Origin: an uncultured Collinsella sp.
GTDB lineage: Bacteria > Actinomycetota > Coriobacteriia > Coriobacteriales > Coriobacteriaceae
NCBI GenBank assembly: GCA_902465015.1
Contig: CABQLK010000004.1
Coordinates: 5,075 to 69,074, forward strand
Direction: 5' to 3'
DNA: 64,000 bases
The notes below the pieces were generated by a model that saw only the letters and a program-made list of their open reading frames with translations, did no database searches and had not been told where the DNA came from. Below, piece after piece: positions 44,771 to 53,514 of the stretch (its first letter is position 1; each line of letters begins with the position of its first letter). The translations under genes and the position numbers were made by a program.

Positions 44771-45820
44771 CTAGCGAACAACGTGGACGGCAGGACCGCC
44801 TGGCACCGGCTCGCACACGCGACCGACGACGGCGGCAATACGTCCTTCGGCATGCAGACGGCGCGCAAGCTCATCCACATCGGCAGCAGGTGCCGCGATG
44901 AGCAGGCCACCAGACGTCTGCGGATCGTACAGCGCATCCAACATGCCCGGCTCCAGGTCTTCGTCGGCAGCCACGCGCGGGCCAAAGAAGTCCTGGTTGC
45001 GGTAGGAGCCCGCGGGGATAATGCCCAGACGCGCCATGTCGAGCACCTGGTCAAAGAGCGGCACCGCCCCCGACGCAAGCTCAACCTGCACGCCCGAGCC
45101 CTCGGCCATCTCGCACGCATGCCCGATCAGACCAAAGCCCGTAATGTCAGTACAGCCGTGAAGCTCGAGTCCCTCGGCCAGACGAATCGGGGCCTCGTTG
45201 AGGGTACGCATCGAGTCAAACACGGCTGCGGCCTCGTCCTGCTCGATGAGCTCGCCCTTAATGGCCGTGGTGATGATGCCCGAGCCAACCGCCTTGGTCA
45301 GCAGCAACGCATCGCCCACGCGCGCGCCGCTGTTGGCGAGCATACGGTCAAGCGCGACAAAGCCGCTCACAGACAGACCGTACTTGGGCTCGTCGTCGTT
45401 GATGGTGTGACCGCCCGCGATGGAGCAACCCGCCTCGACGCACTTGTCGGCGCCGCCCGCCAGAATCTGACCGGCAACCTCAACACCCAGGCAGCTCGGG
45501 ATGCACAGCAAGTTCATGGCATGGCTCGGCCGCCCGCCCATGGCGTAGATGTCCGACAGCGAGTTGGCCGCGGCGATCTGGCCAAACAGGAACGGGTCGT
45601 CGACCATCGGCGGGAAGAAGTCGATGGACTGCACGAGGCCAAGGTTCTCCCCTACGCGGAAGACGCTCGCATCGTCGGAGGTATCGAACCCCACGAGCAA
45701 GTTGTCGTTATGCACATTGGGTAAATCGCCCAGGACCTGGGCGAGGGCTCCAGGAGCCAACTTAGCAGCTCAACCAGAGGCAGCGGTCATCTGCGTGAGC
45801 TTAATAACATCGTCAGCCAT
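44771..45820 (-). CDS. selD: Selenide, water dikinase, selenocysteine-containing (TGA at 45770-45772 read as Sec)
   Basis: ATG at 45820 follows GAGGAGG. MADDVIKLTQMTAASG-U-AAKLAPGALAQVL aligns with the E. coli LTQYSHGAGCGCKISP loop. The rest is a canonical SelD/PurM fold. The ORF track starts only at 45760. Confidence 0.9.
45746..45758 (-). promoter_or_regulatory. Candidate minimal SECIS hairpin of selD
   Basis: GGCUC-CUG-GAGCC begins 11 nt 3' of the UGA. It is short, so support is weak. Confidence 0.35.
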
Positions 45821-45903
45821 CGATTCCTCCTCTCATAGGTCAATCAGTTCCTCCCAGTATACGCATGGCGGCGCCGAGAGCGGACGGCGAATGACACCGC
45901 CCC

Positions 45904-46668
45904 TTACATGAGCGCCTGGGCTCGAATGGCCGCGCCGATCGCTCCGGCAAAGCGAGCCTGGGGCGAGGTGGTCACCGGCGACCCCAGTAACTCGCCCAAC
46001 CACTCCACCACGAAGGTGTTCTCACACAAACCGCCGGTCAGGTAGTACGGGGCGCCCGCGGCCTGCCCGGCCATGGTCGCCACGCGCGAGACCACGCTGT
46101 CGATCACGCCACGCGCAATGTTCTCGCGCGGCTCACCGCGACCGATCAGGCTGATGACCTCGCTTTCGGCAAACACCGTGCACATACTGCTGATCTTGGT
46201 GGGCTCGCCGGAACGCGCCAGGTCGGCCATCTGCTGCTGGGAAATGCCTAGGCGGTCGGCCATGATCTCCAAAAAGCGCCCCGTGCCGGCGGCGCACTTG
46301 TCGTTCATGGCAAACTTGGCCACACGGCCACTTTTAAGCTGAATGACCTTGGTGTCCTGACCGCCCACGTCGATCACGGTGCCGTGATCGCCAAACAGGC
46401 GCACGGCACCGGTGCCGTGGCAGGTGATCTCGGTCACGACCTTGTGCGCATAGGGCACGGCGACACGGCCGTAGCCAGTCGCGATCACGCGCGCGTCGTC
46501 GGCAGCCACGTCATAACCAGCCGCTGCCAGTGCCTCGCGCAGCCGCTCGGAAGCATCGACCGAGGAGAACCCGGTTGGCTGCACGCACGTCCACGCCACC
46601 GAACCCTCCCCGTCGACCACAGCAGCCTTAGCCGCCGTAGACCCGATATCGATCCCGATCCCTATCAT
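45904..46668 (-). CDS. BcrAD/BadFG-type ATPase (activase of 2-hydroxyacyl-CoA dehydratase / double-cubane reductases)
   Basis: GIDIGSTAAKA, DVGGQDTKVI and NDKCAAGTGRFLE (cluster-bridging Cys) motifs of HgdC-like activators. Confidence 0.88.
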   Translation of the reverse strand: MIGIGIDIGSTAAKAAVVDGEGSVAWTCVQPTGFSSVDASERLREALAAAGYDVAADDARVIATGYGRVAVPYAHKVVTEITCHGTGAVRLFGDHGTVIDVGGQDTKVIQLKSGRVAKFAMNDKCAAGTGRFLEIMADRLGISQQQMADLARSGEPTKISSMCTVFAESEVISLIGRGEPRENIARGVIDSVVSRVATMAGQAAGAPYYLTGGLCENTFVVEWLGELLGSPVTTSPQARFAGAIGAAIRAQALM

Positions 46669-46720
46669 GGCTCTCTCCCAATCTAAACATCAAAGGTAGC
46701 GGCGCGTTCAGGCGCCTTAG

Positions 46721-46829
46721 CTCTAGGTTTCTCAGGTGCCGGAGATTGCCCCGAAAGAGGAGCGCAGCGTACTTTGGGTACGCAAGCGACGGTTTGAGGG
46801 GCAAGATCCGGTGCCTGAGAAAGCTAGAG
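46721..46829. repeat. Long hairpin (family 2, H3) overlapping the stop codon of the 46824-47987 gene
   Basis: CTCTAGGTTTCTCAGGTGCCGG...CCGGTGCCTGAGAAAGCTAGAG outer stem. The centre AGCGCAGCGTAC-TTTG-GGTACGCAAGCG is homologous to H4. Confidence 0.75.
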
Positions 46830-47987
46830 GGTTTCGATGAAGGCGGCGATGCGGGTCTCGATCTGGCCCATGTCGCCGTTGCTGTAGTCGGTCTCGATCT
46901 TCATATACGGAATGCCCGCACCCTCGACGGCCTCCTGCATGCGCGCACTCTCCACGTTAAAGGTGTGGCAGGCCTGAAGCACGCTCTCCACTACGCCATC
47001 GACGTGGTACTTCTCGCACATGGCCAGCGTGTTTTCCATACGGCCGTCGTTGGGCGTCATGACCGAGCAGTTGATGTCCAGGTAGCGGTCGGCGATGGCG
47101 CGCAGGATATCGGGCGCGTCCGGGTCGATCATCATGGCCGCCGTGCGCTCGCCCGAACAGTCGTCCATGCACACGACCACACCGCCGTTGGACTCGATGG
47201 TGCGACCGATCTTGTTAATCACGCCGCCCACGGGGCAGCCGGTAATCAGAATGCGCTTGGCATCCGCCGCAACCGGGCGCTCGCCCGTGTCGTAAGCCTC
47301 ACGCAGCTTGGCAACCTTTTGCTCAAGCCGCTGCGTATAGGCCTCGATATCAAAGCTAAACGTACCGGCAAACATGGTGCTCATCAGGTCGACGCCGCTC
47401 ATGGCCGCCGGCTGGTTGGCCTGCAGCGCAAACATCTCGAGCTGGACAGCACGCAGGCGATTGCGACGATGGACGGCAGCGCGCAGGTCGTCATCGGTGA
47501 TCGTAATACCGTAGAAGTTCTCGAGCTCCTCTTTGAGCAGGCGGCACTCCTCGTACCAGCCCTCGCGCTCGTAGGCGCGATCGCGACCCTGTGGCAGGTG
47601 CAGAATGTGCGTGCGCTTGAGCTCGTTAAGTAACTCGTACATCTTCTTCTTGCCGTCGCAGGTGGTCTCGCCGATGATCATGTCGCTAAAGTACGTAAAC
47701 GGGCACTTTTGCGAGTAGGCAAAGCCGTAGGTCGACTTGATGAGCGGGCAGAGGTTTGCCGGCAGCACCTTCTCGGCCTCAGGAATCACCTCGTCGGACG
47801 TACCACACAGAGCGACACTTGCGGCCCCCGCGGCATCGATAATCTCGAGCGGCGTATAGCTGCACAAGAAGCCGACCAGGCGATTACCCGCCTGCTTGTA
47901 ATCCTTGACGCGAATAAACGCCGCCTTGCGTTGCTCGTTGAACTCCTCAAACGTGCTGGGCAACGGCTGCTCAATATTTTCCGACAT
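46824..47987 (-). CDS. 2-hydroxyacyl-CoA dehydratase / double-cubane-cluster reductase family protein, paralogue 1
   Basis: Conserved Cys pattern ([42 protein letters not shown]) and a C-terminal TDYS.GD.GQ..TRI.AF tail. ATG at 47987 follows AAGGAG. Confidence 0.8.
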   Translation of the reverse strand: MSENIEQPLPSTFEEFNEQRKAAFIRVKDYKQAGNRLVGFLCSYTPLEIIDAAGAASVALCGTSDEVIPEAEKVLPANLCPLIKSTYGFAYSQKCPFTYFSDMIIGETTCDGKKKMYELLNELKRTHILHLPQGRDRAYEREGWYEECRLLKEELENFYGITITDDDLRAAVHRRNRLRAVQLEMFALQANQPAAMSGVDLMSTMFAGTFSFDIEAYTQRLEQKVAKLREAYDTGERPVAADAKRILITGCPVGGVINKIGRTIESNGGVVVCMDDCSGERTAAMMIDPDAPDILRAIADRYLDINCSVMTPNDGRMENTLAMCEKYHVDGVVESVLQACHTFNVESARMQEAVEGAGIPYMKIETDYSNGDMGQIETRIAAFIETL

Positions 47988-48023
47988 ATAGCTCCTTAAC
48001 AAACCTTTTAACCAACAAGGAAA

Positions 48024-48126
48024 CGGCTTTCCCAGGTGCCCCAGGTTGCCGTGAAAGAGGAGCGCCGCGTATTTTGGTACGCAAGCGACGGTTTGAACGG
48101 CAAGATCGGGTGCCCAGGGAAGCCGC
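48024..48126. repeat. Long hairpin (family 2, H4) downstream of the 48141-49424 gene
   Basis: The GAAAGAGGAGCGCCGCGTATTTTGGTACGCAAGCGACGGTTTGA core is nearly identical to H3, while the outer stems differ. Confidence 0.75.
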
Positions 48127-48140
48127 CGGGACGGATAGCC

Positions 48141-49424
48141 CTAAATTGTCTCCAAGAAAGCCTCAATCCTGGTTTGCAGTTGGCCGGCATCCTCGCCGGC
48201 GTAGTCGGTCGTGATGTGCATAAACGGAATGCCGGCCTGCTCGGCGGCCTTCTCCACGGCAAACGACTCCATCTCGTAGAGCGTGCAGAACTGCAGAGCC
48301 ACGTCGACGATGCCGTCGGCATGCAGGTCCTTGGCCATCTGGACAATGTCCTTCATACGCTGATCGTTGGGCGTAAAGACGGCGCAGTTGATCTTAAAGT
48401 AGCGCTCGGCGATGGCGTCGAGCATCTCGTCGACTGTCTCGCCGGACTCGTCGACCAGGTCCTTGTAGTAGCGCGAACCCGTGCAGGATTCCTCACCCAC
48501 CACGACGCCGCCGGCCTTCTCGATGAGGTTGAACAGCTTCCAGTTGGGCACGGCCATGGGCGTGCCGGTGTACAGGATGCGCTTGGTCCCCTTGGGCGCC
48601 ACGCCCTCGCCGGCCTCGACACGCTGCTCGCACTCAGCCGCCATCTCGTTGATGGCTCCGGTCAGACGCGGCGTGTCATCCATAAAGGCGGCCTGCACGG
48701 TCAGTAGGCTATCGAGACCGCTGATGGGCGCCGGGTCGGCAGCGCGCGTGGCAGCGAGGCGCTGCAGGGCGCGACGCTTCTCGTTGACGGCGTGGATGGC
48801 AGCCTTCAGGCGCTCGGGCGTAATCTTGACGCCGCACTCTTCCTCAATCTTGGCGGCAAGCTTTTTAACCTCGGCCTTCCAGGTCACGAGCGTCGACTCG
48901 TCGTGCACGTTGGGAATATCCATGACGTACATGTTCTTTTGCGTGGCAAAGAACTCGTAGGCCTTCTTCTTACCATCGCAGGTGTTCTCGCCCACCACCA
49001 GATCACTCGACTCAATGTAGGGGCAAACCTCGCCCAGCTTAAAGCCGGCAAAGCTCTTGATGAGCGGGCAGGTGTTGCGCGGCAGGTGTTCCTCGACCTT
49101 GTCGGTCGCCCAGTCGGCACCCGAGCACAGGCCCACGGGGATGCCATCGCAGGCAAGCACGATCTCCTCGGGCACGTACACACAGAACGAACCGACGATC
49201 TTGGTGGCCTCGCCGGCCTCCTTCTTGTCGAGCATCTCCTTAATACGGCCGCTGTGGATGTTGGTGGCGACAAAATCCAGGTAGGACGTGGACTTGGGGC
49301 GATTGTTCTGCGTCAGGAACATATCGCCGTACATCTGGCCCACAGCGCCCAGCAGCATGTCGTGATCGGCAAGATTCATGCCGAGGCTCTCCCACATCGG
49401 ATGGAAATCGAATTCTTCAGCCAT
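48141..49424 (-). CDS. 2-hydroxyacyl-CoA dehydratase / double-cubane-cluster reductase family protein, paralogue 2
   Basis: Same Cys pattern (FCVY, LCSG, CPLIKS, GENTCDGKKK, ESCTGSRY, INCAV, QFCTLY) and aligns end to end with paralogue 1. Confidence 0.8.
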   Translation of the reverse strand: MAEEFDFHPMWESLGMNLADHDMLLGAVGQMYGDMFLTQNNRPKSTSYLDFVATNIHSGRIKEMLDKKEAGEATKIVGSFCVYVPEEIVLACDGIPVGLCSGADWATDKVEEHLPRNTCPLIKSFAGFKLGEVCPYIESSDLVVGENTCDGKKKAYEFFATQKNMYVMDIPNVHDESTLVTWKAEVKKLAAKIEEECGVKITPERLKAAIHAVNEKRRALQRLAATRAADPAPISGLDSLLTVQAAFMDDTPRLTGAINEMAAECEQRVEAGEGVAPKGTKRILYTGTPMAVPNWKLFNLIEKAGGVVVGEESCTGSRYYKDLVDESGETVDEMLDAIAERYFKINCAVFTPNDQRMKDIVQMAKDLHADGIVDVALQFCTLYEMESFAVEKAAEQAGIPFMHITTDYAGEDAGQLQTRIEAFLETI

Positions 49425-49759
49425 AACGGTTCCCCTCTCGAACCAAAAACGGATAACAGCGGTATCGATGCACGACGAGCGGCGAAAACCCAGCCGTGCC
49501 TAAACCCGGAATTTTGGGGAACCTGCTTTGCGGTCGATTATTTAGTTGTGCGTCGTCTCTCCCGGAGCCGTGAACATACCTGCTCATATGCGACTCCGAG
49601 CCATATACAGGGCGCGCGCGGCAACGCGACGCGAATATGTCATCTGCAGCACCGGCGCACCCTCCTTTTCTCGTCGAAGGTAACTATATCAACGGTTGTC
49701 GTCCAGACGAACACCGCCGACATGCGTACGACAGCGTCGTGTGCCGTCGTTTAATAAAT

Positions 49760-49787
49760 AATTATCTGTGTTGATAAGAGTTTGTCA
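49760..49787 (-). promoter_or_regulatory. Candidate sigma-70-type promoter for the dehydratase-like operon
   Basis: On the minus strand, ATGACA-16 nt-GATAAT sits in an AT-rich patch. This would give a ~330-nt leader. Confidence 0.35.
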
Positions 49788-49805
49788 TCCATCATTCGGC
49801 GAACG

Positions 49806-49841
49806 GCAAGACAAAGCCGCCGAGGCTTATATCCCCGACGG
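49806..49841 (-). terminator. Rho-independent terminator after modC
   Basis: On the minus strand, GCCGUCGGG-(loop)-CCUCGGCGGC (9 bp including 2 G-U pairs) is followed by UUUGUCUUG. Confidence 0.6.
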
Positions 49842-49853
49842 CATTACCCGGCG

Positions 49854-50924
49854 CTATCGACAAACCAAATGGATCTTACTCGCATCGAAGTGCATGCGTA
49901 GCGTCTCGCCTGCTTGCGGCAGCTCGTCGACAGGCACGCCCACCTTGTTGACCTTCCACTGCAGACGTGTGGGCGCATCGGCGCGCGGCACGTCCAGCAA
50001 CACCAGCCGCTCAAAGCGTGAATCGCTCACTCGGGCCACGTGCAAATCATAGCTGTTGCGGCCCCGCTCCGCGCGATTGTCAACATGGAAGTAGCTTGCC
50101 CGAATGCCCAGGTACGCCACATTATCGGGGACCGCGCGACCCACGTTAAAGGTCATGCCCCAGTCGAGGGCCTCCACTTCTTCGTCGCCGACCTTGCGCG
50201 CCCGGCTTGTGTTCTTGCAGCCCGTCAGGCGCAACGCCGCCAGCGTCTGCGGACGGAGGACCACGTCCTCGACGGAGCCGATCTCCTCAACATGTCCGTT
50301 ATGCATCACGCAAATGCGCTTGCACAGGCGGCATGCCTCGTCAATATCGTGGCTCACGTAGAGGACGGTGCGGTTGCACACATCGAACAGGTCGAGCATG
50401 TTCTGCTCGAGCGCGCTCTTAAGATAGGAATCGAGCGCGCTCATGGGCTCGTCGAACATAAAGATGCCCGGATGCGCCGCCACCATGCGCGCAAGCGCCA
50501 CACGTTGCTGCTGACCGCCCGAGAGTCGCGCGGGATAGCGGTCGGCAAAATCGGCTAGACCGAAAATGCTCAGATAACGCTCGGCGAGTTTTTTACGCGC
50601 GGCGGCGTCACCCGCGTCCTTTACACCGGCGCATACGTTATCGGCCACCGTCATGTTGGGAAACAACTGATAGTTTTGGAACAACAGGGCGCATTTTCGC
50701 TCCTGGGGCGACAGGTCGATGCCCGCCGCCGAGTCAAAAAAGGTCACGCCGTTGACAACGATCTTGCCCTCGTCGGGCGTCTCCACACCGGCAATGCAGC
50801 GCAGTGTGCAGCTCTTGCCGCAACCCGAGGCACCGAGCAGCGCCACACGCTCCTCGCCGCCTTCGAGCTGCATGTCGAGGGTAAAGCCGGGATAGCGCTT
50901 TTTTATATCCAGAACGAGCGACAT
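49854..50924 (-). CDS. modC: Molybdate ABC transporter ATP-binding protein with a C-terminal TOBE/Mop-like domain
   Basis: Walker A GASGCGKS, signature LSGGQQQRVALAR and Walker B FMFDEP, with an extra ~120-aa C-terminal domain. Sits in the modA-modB-modC order. Confidence 0.82.
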   Translation of the reverse strand: MSLVLDIKKRYPGFTLDMQLEGGEERVALLGASGCGKSCTLRCIAGVETPDEGKIVVNGVTFFDSAAGIDLSPQERKCALLFQNYQLFPNMTVADNVCAGVKDAGDAAARKKLAERYLSIFGLADFADRYPARLSGGQQQRVALARMVAAHPGIFMFDEPMSALDSYLKSALEQNMLDLFDVCNRTVLYVSHDIDEACRLCKRICVMHNGHVEEIGSVEDVVLRPQTLAALRLTGCKNTSRARKVGDEEVEALDWGMTFNVGRAVPDNVAYLGIRASYFHVDNRAERGRNSYDLHVARVSDSRFERLVLLDVPRADAPTRLQWKVNKVGVPVDELPQAGETLRMHFDASKIHLVCR

Positions 50925-50927
50925 GGC

Positions 50928-52370
50928 CTATCGACCTCCCTGCGGCGCCGCATCATCGCGCATGAGCTCGGCCAGCGCCTCGCGATCGATGCGCAAGGCA
51001 TCGCCGCCCGCCGGGTCGAGCGAATCGCCCTGTCCAGTGAGATCTTTGGCCTGTTTGCGCTCCGCACGGGAAAGGCCCCGCTCGCGATACTTTTGCGAAT
51101 GAGCGGTGTACATATTGATGAACAGAATGACTAGGAAACTAAACACGATCACGACAGCGACCCAAAAGAGGGCAACCGACGTATTGCCGCCCATCCACTC
51201 AAAGTAGATGGCGATGGGAATGGTCTGCGTAATGCCGGCGTAGTTGCCCGCAAAGAACAGGGTGCAGCCAAACTCGCCCATCGCGCGGGCAAAGGCGAGC
51301 ACCGTACCGGCGGCAATCGAGGGCCAGCCAAGCGGCATCATAAGCTTGGTAAAGATGCGACGTTCGGACCATCCCAAGGTTCGCGCGGCGTCGAGCATCT
51401 GCGTGTCGAGGCTCTCAAAGGCGCCGAGCGCCGTACGGTAGACCAGGGGAAACGACACCACCACGGCAGATATCACCGCTGCGGGCCACGTAAAGACGAT
51501 CGAGACGCCGTGCGCGATCAGCCACTGGCCCACCCCGGTCGAGCGGCCAAACAGCATAAGCAGCAAAAAGCCGCACACCGTAGGCGGCAGCACCATGGGG
51601 ATGGTAAAGACCGAGTCGAGCAAGCCCTTGATGCGGCTCGAGGCACCCATGGTCTTCCACGCGGCGAACAGGCCCAGCGCAAAGGAGATCACCAGGGCAA
51701 GGCCACTCGTTTTTATGGACACCCAAAACGGGCGATAGTCGATACCACCCAAAAAAGTGGCCAGAGAGGTCAAGGGCCCCTGCTCATCCCGCAACACGAC
51801 AGACGACGCCTCTACCATTTGAGCGCTATCAAGCCAACGCGCGCCGCCCTTGGCATCACCCGAGGCTGATGCAATCACCACATAGCGGTCCCCATCCGCA
51901 CCGCGCTCGTCAAAGCTATAGGTATACCCGCCAGCATCAAACGTTGTTTCCGCCGTGACATACCAAGGAAGATCCACGTCCCCTAGCTGCGCACCTCCCA
52001 TGCAGTTTGCGCTGTCGAGCTCACTGACGAGGGCTTTGAGACCCGATACGCACTCGTTATCCTGCAGGTCCAATCCATACTTCTCGACCGCCTTGGGCGA
52101 TATCCACGCCACAACGCGATCGGCAGCAGGCGCCACTACAAGGTCCACGTCCTCGTCAGCGGGAAACCGGTAGCCCTCAGGCTGGCCCTCCATGGCACGA
52201 GCGGTCCCCTTGGCCAACCGCTCAAAACCCTCGATCCCATAGGAAAGCCCATGAGCGGTCGCAGCAACCTGGGCCCCGTTCTCAGCGTCCCCAGCAAACG
52301 CAAATCCCGGCACCCAGCAAAGCGCGAAGGTCAAAGCACAGGCGACAAGCAGGCGGAATCTATTAAGCAC
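50928..52370 (-). CDS. modB: Molybdate ABC transporter permease fused to an N-terminal ~215-aa secreted domain
   Basis: The C-terminal half carries the ModB/CysTW-type permease with its EAA-loop region (DAARTLGWSERRIFTKLMMPL). GTG at 52370 lies 6 nt after GGAG and yields the signal peptide MLNRFRLLVACALTFALCWVPGFAFA. The start is uncertain. Confidence 0.75.
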   Translation of the reverse strand: MLNRFRLLVACALTFALCWVPGFAFAGDAENGAQVAATAHGLSYGIEGFERLAKGTARAMEGQPEGYRFPADEDVDLVVAPAADRVVAWISPKAVEKYGLDLQDNECVSGLKALVSELDSANCMGGAQLGDVDLPWYVTAETTFDAGGYTYSFDERGADGDRYVVIASASGDAKGGARWLDSAQMVEASSVVLRDEQGPLTSLATFLGGIDYRPFWVSIKTSGLALVISFALGLFAAWKTMGASSRIKGLLDSVFTIPMVLPPTVCGFLLLMLFGRSTGVGQWLIAHGVSIVFTWPAAVISAVVVSFPLVYRTALGAFESLDTQMLDAARTLGWSERRIFTKLMMPLGWPSIAAGTVLAFARAMGEFGCTLFFAGNYAGITQTIPIAIYFEWMGGNTSVALFWVAVVIVFSFLVILFINMYTAHSQKYRERGLSRAERKQAKDLTGQGDSLDPAGGDALRIDREALAELMRDDAAPQGGR

Positions 52371-52438
52371 GAAAAGCTCCAAGTGAATACAAGGACGGAG
52401 TGAAACACAAAACGATGGAATTATCGCGCCAAGCCGCA

Positions 52439-53311
52439 CTACGCGGAAAGCTCAAAGCCGTACTTGGCCCAAATCTTCTGGGCCTTCTTGTTGGTCAGGC
52501 AGAAGTCGATGAACGCCTTGGCCTCGTCGGCGTGCTCGGAGCTCTCGGCGACGGCACCGGGATACACGATGGGCTTGTGCGAGTCCTCGGGGCACACAAA
52601 GGCCTCCTCGATGCCGTCGTAGCGGAAGATGTCGGAGCTGTAGACAAAACCCGCCACGCAGTCGCCTGTAGAGACGTAAGACGCAGCGGTGCCGACCTTG
52701 TCGGCCAGGGCTACCTTGTCGGCGAGCTCGGGCGCGTACTCGCCGTCGTCGCCCTCGGTACCGGTATAGAGGCCCACGGAAGCCAGCGCCTGGTTGGCGT
52801 ACTTGCCGGCGGGGACGGTCTTGGCGTCGCCGATGGCAATCTTACCGTCCAGATTCGCGACGTCGGCGATGGCCTCGACCTTAGTATCGGAGCCCTCGGC
52901 GCGAATGATCACGAGGTCGTTGACGAACATGTCCTCACGCGTGTCGGCGTCGACGAGCTCGGCGGCCTCGGCGTCATCCATGGTGCCCTTGGAGGCCGTG
53001 ATAAGCACGTCGACGGCGGCACCGGCGCGCATTTGCTCGACAAGGTCGCCAGACGCCTTAAACTGCGTGTCGGCAAACGTGGTACCGGTCTGGTCGGTGT
53101 AGAGCTCCTGAACCTCGGGCAGAGCCTTCTCGAGCGAGTTGGCAGCAAAGACCTGCAGCTCGACGACCTTCTTGGAAGATGCCTTAGCAGAACCGGCATC
53201 GGATCCGACCGGCTCGGACGTCTTGTTGCCCGAGCAGCCGGCAAGGCCAAGGCCGGCGGCAGCGGCAGCAGAAAGCGAGACAAAACCGCGGCGTGAAACC
53301 ATATCGAACAT
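52439..53311 (-). CDS. modA: Molybdate ABC transporter substrate-binding lipoprotein (Tat-type signal)
   Basis: SRRGFVSLSAAAAAGLGLAGC (twin-Arg plus lipobox) followed by a ModA-type periplasmic binding fold. ATG at 53311 lies 6 nt after AAAGGG. Confidence 0.85.
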   Translation of the reverse strand: MFDMVSRRGFVSLSAAAAAGLGLAGCSGNKTSEPVGSDAGSAKASSKKVVELQVFAANSLEKALPEVQELYTDQTGTTFADTQFKASGDLVEQMRAGAAVDVLITASKGTMDDAEAAELVDADTREDMFVNDLVIIRAEGSDTKVEAIADVANLDGKIAIGDAKTVPAGKYANQALASVGLYTGTEGDDGEYAPELADKVALADKVGTAASYVSTGDCVAGFVYSSDIFRYDGIEEAFVCPEDSHKPIVYPGAVAESSEHADEAKAFIDFCLTNKKAQKIWAKYGFELSA

Positions 53312-53401
53312 ATTCAACCCTTTCGAACGCTATGCCCGGGCACCCCGCCGCAGGCTTTATTCTGTTACTAGATTATACTTCCGCGCGAATAATGATAATG
53401 A

Positions 53402-53427
53402 GAAATTATTCTCTCTAGAGAATATAG
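53402..53427. promoter_or_regulatory. Candidate operator upstream of modA (shared with the hydN-fdhF upstream region)
   Basis: GAAATTATTCTCTCTAGAGAATATAG contains the perfect 10-bp palindrome TCTCTAGAGA. A TATAAT box (minus strand, 53372-53377) lies just downstream. Confidence 0.45.
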
Positions 53428-53464
53428 TTTCGAGTTGCCGTGCACCTCGGCGTCGCTTCGGCGG

Positions 53465-53501
53465 AAAACAAAGGCGGAGCAGCCGTTCAGGTCGCCCCGC
53501 C
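53465..53501 (-). terminator. Terminator after mog
   Basis: On the minus strand, GGCGGGGC-(loop)-GCTGCTCCGCC is followed by TTTGTTTTCC. Confidence 0.55.
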
Positions 53502-53514
53502 GCAGGTAAACCGC

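Noticed and set aside
53312-53514. Moco riboswitch upstream of modA. The moeA upstream region (55268-55477) was checked for the same reason.
   Set aside because: I could not find the conserved Moco-motif segments. The CCTGCGGCGGGG word occurs twice (about 53345 and 53488, minus strand), but one copy is part of the mog terminator. The moeA leader appears to be only ~50 nt after a TATACT box.
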